Source: Camelus dromedarius (Eukaryota). From it: a DNA stretch of 64,000 nt. The notes beneath the pieces are model-generated. The model was not told the DNA's origin. It worked only from the letters and a program-made list of their open reading frames with translations, and searched no databases. The translations under genes and the position numbers were made by a program. The DNA lies in NCBI RefSeq assembly GCF_036321535.1, contig NC_087436.1:65412001-65476000 (forward strand), written 5' to 3'. Each line of letters begins with the position of its first letter. Position 1 is the stretch's first letter. This document shows positions 11,721-24,760 of the stretch, one piece after another.

Positions 11721-12189
11721 GAAATTAAATGTTTAGAAAATGATTTGTGCTTACCTTTTAAAGGCCCTGTCATCAAATAAAGTCACATTGTAGGAAAAAA
11801 AAAAAAAAAAAAAGAAAGTGACCTGTGTACTTGCATAGTTATCTTATTAATTTAATATATGGTTAAGTTCATTTGCCTCATCTCTTTCCTATTTTAAAAG
11901 ACTGCTCTTTTCTTTTTAACTTACATTTTAAGTTATTCCAGGTAAATTTTGTACTAAAAAAATTAAAAGAAAAGCATGAAAAATGAAACTATAGGCTAAT
12001 TTTGTTCATAATATAAACTGTAATTTAAATAAAATACATAAGTGAAACATCCATTGTATGGAAAATATACTACATAATAGCCCAGTTAAATTATTCCAGA
12101 TTATATTAAATTAGGTTATTACTTAAAGAATCAATGTGCGTTACTCATTAAAAGATTTATGAGGTGTATATGACTGTTTTGCTAAAGTC

Positions 12190-12590
12190 ATAGAATATTT
12201 TAAAACAACTGTCCATTTATGATAAAAAATGAAAACTCTTACATCTAGGAATGGAAGGGAAATGCTTTCAGTGGTAACTTAATCTATAAATAATTAAAGT
12301 AAATATATTTGCCAGTGAAACATTGAAAACCTTTCCTTTTACATTGTAAGTAAAGTGAATATTACTACTATCACATGAATGATCAGTGTCAGTTCAGAAA
12401 GACAAGACTATTTTATAAATTATAAGCATCATAATAATTCAAAAAACCTCATTATTTCAAATGATATGATTATATACAAGAAATTCTAAATAATAAACAA
12501 ATAAATTCTTAGATTAAAATGTGCATTTACAATTTTGTTAGATAAAATTTTTTAAAAATTATTATATTTCTATTGCACTTAGCAAATAAA
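12190..12590 (+). mobile_element. Degraded L1 ORF2 fragment
   Basis: ccatttatgataaaaaatgaaaactctt...ctaggaatggaaggg; ttcaaatgatatgattatatac (decayed FADDMI motif region). Confidence 0.5.
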
Positions 12591-12594
12591 TGTA

Positions 12595-12865
12595 CAGGCG
12601 TACCTCAAAGATATTGCAGGTTTGATTAGAGACCACTGCCATAAAGTGAATATCACAATCAAGTGAGTCACATAAATCTTTTGGTTTCCTAGTGCATATA
12701 AAAACAAGTTTACACTATATTGTAGTCTATAAAGTGTGCAACAGCATTATGTCCTAAAAATAATATTTATATCTAATTAAAAATAATGCTATTAGAATTA
12801 TGACACAAATAGAATTGCTTGATGCAGGGTTGCCAAAAACCTCTAGTTTATAAAAAATGCAATTG
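12595..12865 (-). mobile_element. Tigger1-derived MITE (TcMar), truncated
   Basis: TA followed by the TIR caggcgtacctcaaagatattgcagg...gaccactgccataaagtgaatatcac. The other TIR is missing, cut by the following L1 tail. Confidence 0.85.
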
Positions 12866-13212
12866 AAAGAAGGTGGTCAAAAAGTACAAACTTCTAGTTA
12901 TAAGATAAATAAGCACTAGGGATATGAAGTACAACATGATGACTATAGCTCATACTGCTATTTGTGATACAGTAAAGTTTACAGACAGTAAATAATTCTC
13001 ATCACAGGGAGAAATTTCTTTCCCTTTTTTCCTTTCTTTCTTTTCTTTCTTTCTTTCTTTTTTTTTTAAATCTATATGAGAAGATGGATGGTAGCTGCAC
13101 CTATTATGGTAATTATTTCACAATATATGTAAATTAAACCATCATGCTGTACTCCTTAAACTTACACAGTGAATGTCTGTCAATTATTTCTCAATAAAAC
13201 TGGGGGAAAAAA
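12866..13212 (+). mobile_element. 5'-truncated L1 3' end (L1MA9-lineage/laurasiatherian type)
   Basis: gaaggtggtcaaaaagtacaaacttctagttataagataaataag...gtcaattatttctcaataaaactgggggaaaaaa. Confidence 0.8.
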
Positions 13213-13224
13213 GACTATGAAAAT

Positions 13225-13480
13225 GTAAAAGTCCCTAGGAAGACTGATCAAGAAGAATTAAGAGAGGACATTAATTATTTTTAGCAAGTGAATAGGAGAG
13301 CTTTGCTACAGATCCTACAGACATTAACAAGGTAAGAGGATAAATAAACATCTTTATGCAAACCAAGTCAAAAATTTATTTTAAATACACAAATTCCCAG
13401 AAAAACACAACTTTCTATAAAAATAGAAAATTTTAAATGTCTAAAAATTTAATATCTGTTTAAGAAATTGAATCAATAAA
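13225..13480 (+). mobile_element. Degraded L1 ORF2 fragment
   Basis: ctacagatcctacagacattaacaagg...ctttatgcaaac...aaattcccagaaaaacacaac (TDPTDIK...LYAN region). Confidence 0.5.
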
Positions 13481-13891
13481 TATGATAATGCTGGTGGTGA
13501 TGATATTTGAAGAAACTGTTAGATACTGGCTTCAAATTTTTATATTGTGGGATTTTAATTAGCCTAATGCCTAGAATCTCACCCATATATATATATTTTT
13601 AAGTATAAATGATGTTTATTGGTTAAGACTGAGGTTCTACATTTTGTTTCAATCATATTTTTTACTCCCCTTCCTTTATTACTTAGCTAGGTATTAGCTA
13701 TTACTTAGCCAAATGACAGTTTTCTTTAATCTACTAAAGCATATTCCATGACACAAAGGTAGAAACCATGTTGGAGATATGTATATTTCTGTTCATAAAG
13801 CTCTGATTCTGCAGAGGTAGAAATAAAGCACGTGACCCAAATGACAAGGGCCAAAGCACTTCTATATATCCAGGGGCTGCGCAACATTAGC

Positions 13892-14250
13892 ATAATGGTT
13901 AATTTTATGTGTCAACTCGCCTGGGATGAGGGATGCCCAGATAAAACATCATTTCTTTTGTATTCCTGTTGACTGGAGAAGGGATTGCCTGAGAGAGGAA
14001 TTGAGAGAAGGAAGTAGGCATGCTCAGTTCAGTCTTTCCTTCCCTTTATTCAGATCTGACTTCCTGCTGAGATGAAGACTTCTGGTCTGCTCTTTTCTCT
14101 GCAGATAATAAACCTGCTTGCTTTTCTTGAGGAGAGCTGCAATCGTCCAATGATGTCTACAACTGGGAGGACAAATTGTCCTCTGGGACAAAATATTAGC
14201 AAGACTGCCAATCTGAAGACATTTTCTCGGACTGATTATATCAATAATAA
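13892..14250 (+). mobile_element. MLT2-like ERVL LTR fragments
   Basis: atggttaattttatgtgtcaactcgcctggg...gatgcccagataaaacatcatttc is the characteristic MLT2 5' start. Confidence 0.55.
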
Positions 14251-14699
14251 AAGTAATATTTAGAGCTTCATTTGCCTTAAAAATAGTAGATATATGTATA
14301 TATATATATAGTAATAGTAAATAGATATATGTAAACTCATATATCTGAAAAAGAATTAATATCAAAAGTATATAATGAAAAATAACAATAAAGAATCTAT
14401 AAGCAAAAGACACAAAACGTAATAAAAAATAGGCAAAAGACATAAATTGGCATTTAACAGCAAAGAAAACATAAAGAGCAAATCAATCTATTAGAACTGC
14501 TAATAGTTCTAACATTATCTAACAACTAATAAACTTAGTAGTTATCATGTAAATGCAAGTATTACCACAGTGTGAAACTATTTTAATGCATCTAGATAGC
14601 TATACATTAATAAATTGGACCTTATCAACTGTTAGAATATGAACTGTGTTATACAGTGTTCAACTGCACATAAACACGTATTTGGTGTGAAGTATTCCT

Positions 14700-15250
14700 C
14701 TGCAAGGTAGAATAAAACATCCCTTTTCTGTTAAAATAGATTTGGTGAAGTGACTTTCTTTGACCTATGAAATATGAATGGAATCTGAGATTGGGGCTAC
14801 CCTGTCCACTAGATTTCGAGAGTAATGTTACCATGGAGGAGAGCTACAGCCATACCATAATAGAAATGTAATGTGAAAGTTCTAAGCTACTGAGATTTGG
14901 GCATATTTCATTATTTTTGTATCAGATTGTTAGATTAAGGGCTGCTAATTAGTCATGCTTTCTGGCATCTATGCCCTTATGTAGTTCTCTTCCAGATTGC
15001 TTAGGGCTTGGTTATGTGACTTATTTTGACCATGGGAAATCTGCAAGTATGACACACAGCCTTGATAAGGCTTTAACTCTTGGAACACTGATACCTTTTG
15101 AACAAACTTAGTCTATCTTCCTTAAGATTGTGGTCCCATATAAAAAAAGAGATGGCTTGGGGGAGAAATCAGCCATCTCATCCATTCCAGATATTTGAGC
15201 TGAGAAGCAAGATAATGAGAATGAAGCCATTTACATCATATAATTTTAAT
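14700..15250 (+). mobile_element. Old MaLR (MLT1-type) LTR fragments
   Basis: gtgactttctttgacctatgaaatatgaatgga; aagctactgagatttggg; ttatgtgacttattttgaccatgg. Confidence 0.4.
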
Positions 15251-15394
15251 GCAATAGCAAATGAAAAATTGAGCTTTTAAAGCTCAATGTGTAAACACAC
15301 ATTAAAATCAATACATTTATCTACCTTTTGTGCCAATATTCTACATTGATAGATTGCCTACTTAAAGTTGTATATATTTAAGTATTGCTCTTAT

Positions 15395-15830
15395 AAACTA
15401 AAAGCTATAAAATATTATCGAGGAAAATTAAAGAAGATCACATTAAGTGGAGAGATAAAAGATGTTCATGCATTGGAAGACTCAATATTGTTAAGATAGC
15501 AATGCTCCCAAAATTGACCAATAGGTTAAATTTAATCCCACTAAAAATGCTAGTAGGCTTTTGCTGAAGATGCAAGACTGATTTTAAGAACTACTGTAAA
15601 GACAAATAGCCAAAACAATATGAAAAAACAAGAATTTTGAAGGGATTATACACCTATTTTTGACACTTAGAGCAAACCTACATTAATCAAATCACTATTG
15701 TTTTGGTGAGAGGATTGACTTATAGATCAAATAAATACACTAGAGAATTCAGATACAGACTCACTCTTAGATGGTCAATTTATTTTCCACAAAGTGTCAA
15801 AGTATAATGCTTAATGAATGAAAATTTGAA
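15395..15830 (+). mobile_element. L1 ORF2 fragment (L1M old)
   Basis: gaaaattaaagaagat...tgttcatgcattggaagactcaatattgttaagatagcaatgctcccaaaattg (EIKED...CSWIGRLNIVKMAILPK, decayed). Confidence 0.75.
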
Positions 15831-16039
15831 CATGATTATTTTCATTTCACTAGAGTTATTAAAAGTAAAAAAAATTAAATTTTTTGGCTTGAAAGAAACT
15901 ACATTATAAATTTGAAAAAATTTAAAAGCAGTTTTTGATTTAAAATACAAGTAACTGTTAATAGTTAACACGATCTATTTTCAAACAGGCTTTTAAATCT
16001 TGTATTTTAAAAATACTCCAATAGGCTTTTAAAAACTTG

Positions 16040-16350
16040 CATTTGGAGACTACGTACTTACTAGATTCCCAGCAATTACTCCCCCCAGCCACTGGAAATG
16101 TTGGCTGCTGCCAGCACACCAATGAGTCCCTCTCCAAGAAATGCCCTGGGCTAAATAATCTGCACCATTGACTGGTTGGTATGAGGATAGAAATGCCTAG
16201 CCTTCTAGCCTCAGTGCAGGGCAATTCTAGGTATCACGTCAGCTCCAGAGCTTCTTGGGCTGCCTTCACTCTCATGGTGTCAAACCCAAAGACTTGCCCC
16301 AGTAAACCCTCTACATGCAACTCTCCAATTCCAAGTGAACCTGACCTACA
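16040..16350 (+). mobile_element. ERVL LTR16-like fragment
   Basis: gagtccctctccaagaaatgccctgggc...gcctagccttctagcctcagtgcagggcaattct...cagctccagagct. Confidence 0.45.
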
Positions 16351-18639
16351 AAAAATTCTATCTTGCAAGAAAAGCTCCAAATCTCAATTCTTGTGTCTTA
16401 GTATTCACAGATCTGTTACACTTTTCAACAACTGTGAGCTAAAGACAAATTTATACCTTCTCCCACTCAGTGTGTAGCTTTTTGCTCTTAGACAAAATGG
16501 CTTAATTTTTCTTACTGTTTGTTCCCAGTTACTCATGTGACTACTTAATATCACAGTTCAGTGTTTCTAGGCACACAGCCAGATTACAAGTCCAGCTATA
16601 GATTTCTAGCATTCTCCTCCCCCAAGCCAAATATACTTAAAGGAGCATTTAATTGAATTAATTAGAAAATTATCACTTAGTTAAGTAACCTAATTGTTCT
16701 CAGCACTGGCAAAAATACCAACATTTACAAACTGAATTAAATGGGTGTTACCAAGAGTAGGGCAACATAAATCCAACTCAGAATGTTAAAGTATAAATGA
16801 CATGTTGTTAAAAGAATTATAAAGTTACATTTATAGATAGTAGATGAAGATATATTGTATACAAATTTTAAGTGCACCACAAAGCAAAGGTTCATAACTA
16901 AAAGGTATGATATTCATCTTTTTCATGATTTTTTCAGAAAGCATAATTTATTTCTACAAAAATTAGTCTATAAATAAAAGTGAGTTCTTTATATTTTAAG
17001 AGCCATGCATATTAAATATGACATTCAATATATGTTATATTTCAAAATATAAAACGCTTTATGCATATCTGTTTTTAATCTACTAAAATGTTATGGTTCA
17101 ATCGACATTTATTCAAAACCAATTTTGATAGAAAAAGAACTAAAGGGAAGTTATTTTGTGCTCTAAGTGCTATTGTATACAGTATTTTATTTAACAGTTA
17201 TATTTGAGAAACCTGCTAATAAAATTTTTATATTATAGAAAAATGAACATGAGAGAACATTCTCAACCAGCCCAGTATTAAAAGGCAAAGTCCCCCAATG
17301 TTTCTGACTGCAAAGTTGAACACTAACCACTACGTATACAACTGATTATAGAAAACTCTTTAGAGCCCAAGAAACTTTATATTCTGAATATCTTATAACT
17401 TTTGTATGTAAGAGAAAGATGCTACTTAGATCTAAGACCAAAGAAAGTGTATTTACTGTTCAGAATCATAGAAATGAAATGTTGCTTTTTGCCTCTCTGA
17501 AATGCTGACGTTATTTTTTTAATAAAGTATGCATGTGCAATTTCTGTTTCCTTCCAAAACAATGAAAACCATCACTTTTATTTTTAAATTTGTCTGAGAT
17601 GAAGATGTAAGAAAATAATTTTACTTTGCATATGACTAGATCAAGAATAAGACCAAGAAATGGTGTTTTAAGGACATGGAATTAATTCTTTTTCAATGTA
17701 TCAAAGACAGGAATTCATCACTTTAAAGTATCACAGAGAGTAAGCAAATTTAAAACCACCATAATAAGCATTTTCAGCATAACTTCTTGGGATGAACTGA
17801 ATAGAATATTTTTATGCCCGCCTAAGTTAATTCCTCAACTGAGTGGAAATAAACTTGATGTAAATCAATACCCACGCATGGTTCTACAAAGTAGAAAACT
17901 GACATGAAAATGTTTTTTTCATCAGTGCCCATGGATTAAGTAGACCATGCTAAAATATGGTTTTAACATTATTTTTTTTTTATGGTCTATTTTAAGCAGC
18001 CAGGCATAGCATTCAAATTAAATGTAGTTTATATTCCTGATGTGACATTTTAAATAGTTTTGTTTCCTGATATTAGTCTTTTTTTACATTTCTAAATCTA
18101 TATCTATTTTTTTAAATGCAATTTCTAAAAATAAAATAACTATAACATGGTATACTCTGTATGCATGATGGGTTTTGAGAATAATTTATTTTTCCAATAG
18201 GCAGGGGTATTTTTTTCTGATGCTACTAGGAGTTTTTTTTTATTATAATGGCATTTCTTATGAGTGTATTGACTGGCTGGCAAGCCCACCTGGTCTAAAC
18301 AGGAAAGAGATAGTTGTTTTAAAACACTGAAAAACTAAAGAAAATACAGTCTATGCACTGATTAGATTTCTATCAAATGTGATGATAGAAAATAGATTAT
18401 TTGAAGTGAGAAACAAGAAAACCCTTCAAAAATAAAGCCTATTTTTTTCTGATTATATAGTTTTTTAATTGTACTATGCTAGAGAAAAAAGTTAATTCTG
18501 TTATTTACCATCCCAAACCGTGTATATGTAAGAAGGAGCTTCAATATGTAACACTTCCCAATGTGAGTCATAATAATCTATACAGTTAATGAATCAATGA
18601 AAAATTCAATGAATCAAACACTATACTAAGCCCTTAAAT

Positions 18640-19100
18640 ATATATTGTTGGTTATACTACTCACCCTAACCCATTAAGCTAGGCATTGTTGATACACCTG
18701 GGGCTTACGAAGCTTAAACAACATGCTCAGATAATATAGCAAGAACATGACAATAAAAGTATGAAAGATAAAAACCTGAATATTCTAACCCCAAGTACTG
18801 TTTCTTCCTCCCTAGCCCAGATTCATGTTTCATTTAACCTGTTGCGTGGGCCATCTATTCCATGCATGGTGTCTTCCGTTACCACCCACATGATCAATAC
18901 CCTTGTGTAAGCTTTCGATCAATCTAATCTCACTTCACCAGTCCTTCCCATCAAAAACTATCCTTGAAAACACTACAAGAGTAATCTTCCGGTAGCATAG
19001 CTCTGATTGTGTATTCCAGAGTTCCAGTGGCCTACAAAATCAAATGTAAACCTATAGGACTTCAGGACATAGCTGTAATATCAAAATCTTTTCCTATAAA
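18640..19100. mobile_element. Adjacent MIR and L2 remnants
   Basis: aacccattaagctaggcattgtt...gcttaaacaacatgctcag (MIR-like), then cactacaagagtaatcttcc...gtggcctacaaaatcaaatgtaaac (L2-like). Confidence 0.4.
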
Positions 19101-19379
19101 GTGGTTTTACATATTCTGGGCTCACATATCATTTACTCTAGGGCCTTCCCTGTTTACATATATACCATGTAATTCTGATTTCCATGATAGATCTTTTATG
19201 CTATTTTCTTTTTTGGAATATCCCCATTGGTGCCCTGTGTTCGCTAAGATTGGGTTCAGTTCATATTAGATTCTTGACTGCAGTCACAGTCTTTTTAACA
19301 AAGTATAAGTTTTATTTTACTCACTTAACAAGATGTCCTGAGGGTAGTGATGTAGGGTTTGTGCTATTGCTTGAGAAAG

Positions 19380-19770
19380 TTAAAAGAGTCAGCTTCTAAT
19401 TATTCCTAAACCCACCCACTCCTTCTCAATCTTAACTGATAACCATTATCCTTAAGTTTGGAAGATGGTGCCTTTGTGAATCATATCTAACTCTAGTAGA
19501 GAAGAAAGAGAAATAGGCAAAATGGACATGCTAGTTGAGTTTGTCTCTTTCACCAAGAAATAATAGTTTTTCCAGAAATTCCATCCAGTAAAATTCTTAG
19601 GAGTCCATTCAAAACTAGCTCCTATATACAACCCTTGTTGTAAGGACATCTGGGGAGCTAAGTATTTTAAATGTTGTCCATTGCTGTGTCCCATCCAAAG
19701 AAAAACAAATTGTTTCTCTTATTAAGAAGGGAAGACAGCATGTATATTAGACAATGTTGTCTGTAATGTA
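19380..19770 (-). mobile_element. Old MaLR (MLT1) LTR
   Basis: tttgtctctttcaccaagaaataatagtttttccagaaattcc...ttgtaaggacatctggggagctaagtatttt. Confidence 0.45.
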
Positions 19771-19851
19771 TCTACTCTACACTCCATAACCAGATTTTCA
19801 ATTTTATTTATCATTTAAGTTCAAAATAAATTCAATCTTTAAAGTGAACCC

Positions 19852-19975
19852 AAAAAAAATGTGACAATGAGTGTGTATATGTCCATGAATAACTGAAAAA
19901 TTGTGCTGAACACTGGAATTTGACACAACATTGTAAAATGATTATAAATCAATAAAAAATGTTAAAAAAAATAAA
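19852..19975 (+). mobile_element. Young, heavily 5'-truncated L1 tail (camelid-type) with perfect TSD
   Basis: gtgacaatgagtgtgtatatgtccatgaataactgaaaaattgtgctgaacactggaatttgacacaacattgtaaaatgattataaatcaataaaaaa plus A-tail. Flanked by identical taaagtgaaccc at 19840-19851 and 19976-19987, a TT/AAAG-type endonuclease site. Confidence 0.85.
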
Positions 19976-20357
19976 TAAAGTGAACCCTACCCTAATCCTA
20001 CATGCTAGAAACATCTCTCCACATTCTGAAGTTTTATAGCAATTTCTTTAGATTTCTACCATGATATCTATTCTTTTACTTGAAATAGTATGTGCATTTC
20101 TATGTGCTTACAAATGTTTATGAAATAAAAATACTAACACAAATGTGAGCCTGGCTCCTCTGCTGTTCTGTGAAGCACTCTTGACGATCTGTTGGCTTAA
20201 TGAGTTTGCAATTACTATCAGGTTCCTTGTAGTTGAGTGTTGGTTCAAGACCCAAATTTTCCCACACAGAGTCTCCCTGTAAGTTGCTCCAGTGTTCCTT
20301 AACAAGATAAATGAAAATGACCAGTCTTTCACTATTTTTTCTAGGGTTCAGGAGCTC

Positions 20358-20444
20358 TGAGTATTCCATTTCTTTGGACACAGATTGTCCCCAGTCAGAT
20401 TAATCCTGTGGGGACAAACTGTGTCCAAAGAAATGGAATACTCA
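20358..20444. repeat. Near-perfect inverted repeat (36-bp arms, 15-nt spacer)
   Basis: Left arm tgagtattccatttctttggacacagattgtcccca (20358-20393) matches the reverse complement of the right arm (20409-20444), tgagtattccatttctttggacacagtttgtcccca, at 35/36 positions. Confidence 0.97.
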
Positions 20445-22039
20445 CTGGATGGAGTAGCCAAATTAACGATATGCCCTGATGTAAGAGTTTTTGCCCCATG
20501 ATGATTTGTAAATTTTACTGTATCACAATTGTGTCTATTTTTAACAAATTGTCCTTGTTAATTGTCAACTCACAGATTTCTCTTCTGGAAATCTAGCTGA
20601 AATGAACAACCCATGACAGTATTAAATGATACAATATAAAAGTATATTCAAATATTATGGGCCTTTAGTAGTGAGAATCATCTTTTTCTTTTTCCTGAAT
20701 GAATCATAGAAGACATTACAGAGAAGCTGACATTTATAGCTTCATGGGTGCAATTCTCGAGACAGAGTAGGGACAAACATTTTAAGAGAGCTATTCCTAG
20801 AGGTTGGCACAGCTCAGGCCGCCTGACAATGTGTTCCCAAATCACATGGATATATAAGCACATACTTTCATATATTCTTATATAATAATACATAAATTTA
20901 AAAAATCTTTCTTTCCAGTATTGCAAGTGAAAGTTATAATTTATTTGAAACTCCATCTGATTTAAAATCTTTACACACAAATGGTATACTATATTGCATC
21001 CAAATTGTCATTTTCAATTAGATTCAATTTTTATTTATTTGCTCTTGGCACAATTTCACATTAAATAGAAGTTTCTGAGAAACAAAATATGGCATATTTA
21101 AAATAAGACCTTTATCTTCCATCTTATTTAATCTTATTTGTATGTATTGTAACATAGCCAAGATTCTATTTTAGCTTTCTCTTTCTATTTATGGCCCTGA
21201 GTTTTGCCTTTTGTTTCCAATATATACCTTGGAATTTATATCAATAAACAATAATATTTATTCTGAGAAATATAATTTTATTAATGTAAACTAACATTAC
21301 TAAATCCTTTAATCATTTTGCCAATACTTGACACATCACCATTTGCTTCATCTTCTCTAAAGGTTATAGACTGTAATATTAGTCAAGATGAATATACTGT
21401 GTTTCCCATATTAAAGTATATTTATTTAAATGGGAAAAAAGGTCTTTTTCTGTGCATACTACTCTCACTTTCTAATATAATAAAAGTAAATTGCAATTGT
21501 CTTCTCTGATTTCTGTTTATTGGAGAAATTTTCATTTTTATTTTCCCTACAAGGGATTAAATCTAGAAATTCTCATATCTTTACTAGTTCATTAAAATAC
21601 AGATAAATCTAGTTCATATGTTATTAAATTTCAATGCCCTCATAAGCAATTCAAAAAACAAATACAGTTATGAAGCTTCAATATGGATAATTTTATTTCA
21701 TTTCCAGCAAACAGATGAATGCCAACAAAAGGGAAATAAACAGAAACCAACTGTTCTATCTCTTGAGCCCTTTTAGAAACATCATCTACTTCATTAAGAA
21801 GTACTTTAAATTATATATTTTGTACTAATTTTATCACTTTTACATCTCATAATCTTTGGAGCATCACAAATCTCTATTCAATTGTCTTTAATTGTCCTAA
21901 AAATTCTTATTCATTTATCTTTAATAGTCCTAAAAAAGATTGATGTGCTTGGTTTTTATTCTCCACTTTCAGAATCTACCTATGAAGTTACTGTATTTAG
22001 AGAAAGACAACCAGATTTCTTATGGTCAGAGAATGAAGC

Positions 22040-23130
22040 CGCACATAAGGAAAGGAGATGGCTAGACTAAAAACTGGTGCTAGAATGGTGTTGGAGAAAT
22101 TAATATCAAAATTCCCTGATGAAAAGAACCAGGGTCCTTTGGATAACTGGTTGGTTATGGGACAGAGGTGAGGAAATTAAAAGATGAGCTTGGAGAATCT
22201 TTGGTGCCACAAAGTAATAAAGAAAAATAAAAAGAAATAATGGAAGTAATATTAAAAGGGTGCATACACCAACCTGAGAGTCCTCTCAGTGTTCAAAGTT
22301 GGAACCGTCTGAACAAATTAAAACATGTTATGTTATGTAAATATTGAATTATAACCCTTCCAATGAAACATCCATTTGTGCATATGTATATAAGTAACTG
22401 AATAAATAAATTAAAGGAAGGAGTGATAAGTCTTTCTTACAAAGAATTCCAGTTGATAAATAAAGAGAAGTGAGGGAAATAGAATACCACTACTAGAATA
22501 CCACAGTAATTTTCACAGGCAACATTCATTTAGGATGCTAGGATTAATTGGCAAAAATTAAGCAGTAATAATATATTTGTGTAGTATCAAAGTATCCCCC
22601 AAATATTTAACATTAACAAAGGAAAACAGTTATTTTACCTTGTAAAATATTTGCAGACATAAATTAGCTAAATGATAAAAGTTAACATTATCAGTCATAT
22701 TCATATCACGTACCCCCCTCATATGATACATGGAGAAGAAAATATCATCTTGCTGGTATCCTTCCCATTATTATGTAACTCAGTCTAGTCACAGGAAGAC
22801 ATTAGAGAAATACAATCAAGAGCATTTTATAAAATAACTCACCAGTACTCTTCAGAATTGTTGAGGTCATGAAAGACAAGCAAACATTCAGGAACTGTCA
22901 CAGATTGGAGGAAAACTAAATTCAGTTGGGGATACTGGTTTACATCCTGGAAAATAAAAGAAGAGAAAAAAAACCAGTGTAAAAATTTGGGGAATCCAAA
23001 TATGATCTGTACTTTTGTTAATAATGTCATATCAAGATTAATTTATTAGCTCTAGTGCATGTGCTGTGGTTATATAAGATGCTGACCTAAAGGAAAGAGT
23101 GTTATATAGGCAACCTGTACTACTTTTGTT
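22040..23130 (+). mobile_element. L1MC3/L1MD-like 3' UTR
   Basis: ccctgatgaaaagaaccagggtcctttgga...aagatgagcttggagaatctttggtgccac...aaaataactcaccagtactcttcag...ggaactgtcacagattggagg. Confidence 0.7.
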
Positions 23131-24170
23131 TTGAAAAGCTTTATTGAGACATAATGCATATGCCATACAATTGACTCATTCAAAGTGTCAATTAAATGCA
23201 TTTTACTGCATCCACATGTACTAAAAACATCACAGCAATCCAATTTTAGAACATTTCATACCCCTTAAGATACCCTGTACTGATTAGTAGTCAATTCCCT
23301 CTCCCCATTCCCCCCAAACTCCATACTCCCATCCCTAAGTAAGCATTTAGTTTACTTTGTGTCTCTAATATATGTATATATATAATATTATATATATATC
23401 ATATATAAGATATATGATATAATGTATATATTATTCATCTAAATGAAAAGGAACCATACAATATGTAGTCTTTTGTGACTAGCTTCTTTCACTTAATATT
23501 TTCAAATTTCATCCTTGTTTTATTTTGTAGCTATCCTAGTGTGTGTGAAGTAGGGTCCCACACACACAATTTTGGTTTATATTTTCTTTTTAAACTGAAG
23601 GATAGTTGATTTATAATACTGTATTAGTTTCAGATAAACAACATAGTGATTACATATTTTTATGGATATGTTCTTCTAAGTTATATTTTATCTCTTACAT
23701 TTGCATCAATGATACATTTTGAGTTAATTTTGGGGTACTGTGTAAAGTTGAAACCCAACTCCATTCCTTGGCTTCTGAGTACCTAGTTGTCCCAGTACTA
23801 TTTGTTGAAAAGACTATTCTTTCTCTATTGAGTTGTCTTGACATGCTTGTTGAAAATCAATTAACCATAAATGTAAGGATTTAAGTCTACACTCTGAATT
23901 CTATTCCATTTATCCATATATTTTTCTTATGCCACTATCACACTGTCTTGATACTTGGTTTTGTACTAAGTTTTAAACTTGGGAAATGCGATTACTCCAA
24001 TTTGTACTTCTTCAAGATTCTTTTGAAATTCTAGATCCCCTGCATTTCCATATAAATGTTAGTATTGGCTTGTCAATTTTTATAAAAATCGACCTGGGAT
24101 CTTGATATGGATTGTGTTGAATCTATAGATGAGTTTGGAGAGGACTGCCATTTTAACAAGATTAAATTAG
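23130..24170 (-). mobile_element. L1MB-like 3' end plus ORF2 fragment, with a short younger L1 tail nested at ~23585-23680
   Basis: agctttattgagacataat...caattttagaacatttcat; ttgtcccagtactatttgttgaaaagactattcttt; ggattgtgttgaatctatagat. Confidence 0.75.
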
Positions 24171-24276
24171 AATTATTTTGTTATTTAGTGTGAAATGGTA
24201 ATTTATTTCTATAAAAGTAAGCCATGAACCACATTCTTTTGAATATTTTTTGTCTGTTTATCAATATTATCTAGAC

Positions 24277-24760
24277 CTGGACTGTTTGATATGGTTGTCA
24301 GTAACCAAACATGACTAACCCTAAGTGTGGGTAGGGAATTTGAGAAATTAAACTTGTAATTTTATTTATTTTAATTAATAAAAATATATGCATTATTTTA
24401 TCTGGCAATTTAAAAACATTTAAGTGTGTTTGGAACCACTAGGATATGTGAATCTCCTTTATCAACTGGAAAAATGTGACCTCTAAATAAAGATAAAATA
24501 TTTCTGCTAAAAATTTTGCATACAAATTGAGATGTACTCTAAGTGTAAAATACACATTAGATCGAAGACTGTGTACAAAAAAACAATTTAAACTTATTAA
24601 AAATATTTATTTTGACCTCATTTGAAACATTATTTTGGATACATTCAGATACATATACTACTAACATTAATTTCACCTGTTTCTAATTTCTTTTTTAATG
24701 TGACTAGAAAGCTTTAAATGACATATGTGACTCACATAGTATTTCTCCTGGATAGTGTTG
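24277..24760. mobile_element. hAT-Charlie MITE (Charlie1/MER33-related)
   Basis: Degenerate TIRs ctggactgttt / ggatagtgttg. Internal ttgagatgtactctaagtgtaaaatacac and aattt cacctgtttc-type motifs. Flanks atctagac (24269-24276) and ctctagat (24761-24768) fit the NTCTAGAN Charlie target. Confidence 0.75.

Noticed and set aside
15268..15288. Palindrome attgagcttt-t-aaagctcaat (10-bp arms)
   Set aside because: Short and AT-rich, so plausible by chance in 64 kb, with no supporting context.
20358..20444. Hairpin as a MADE1/Tigger MITE or a bacterial-type terminator
   Set aside because: The arms do not resemble the mariner or Tigger TIRs I know and there is no flanking TA duplication. The context is mammalian and there is no U-tract.
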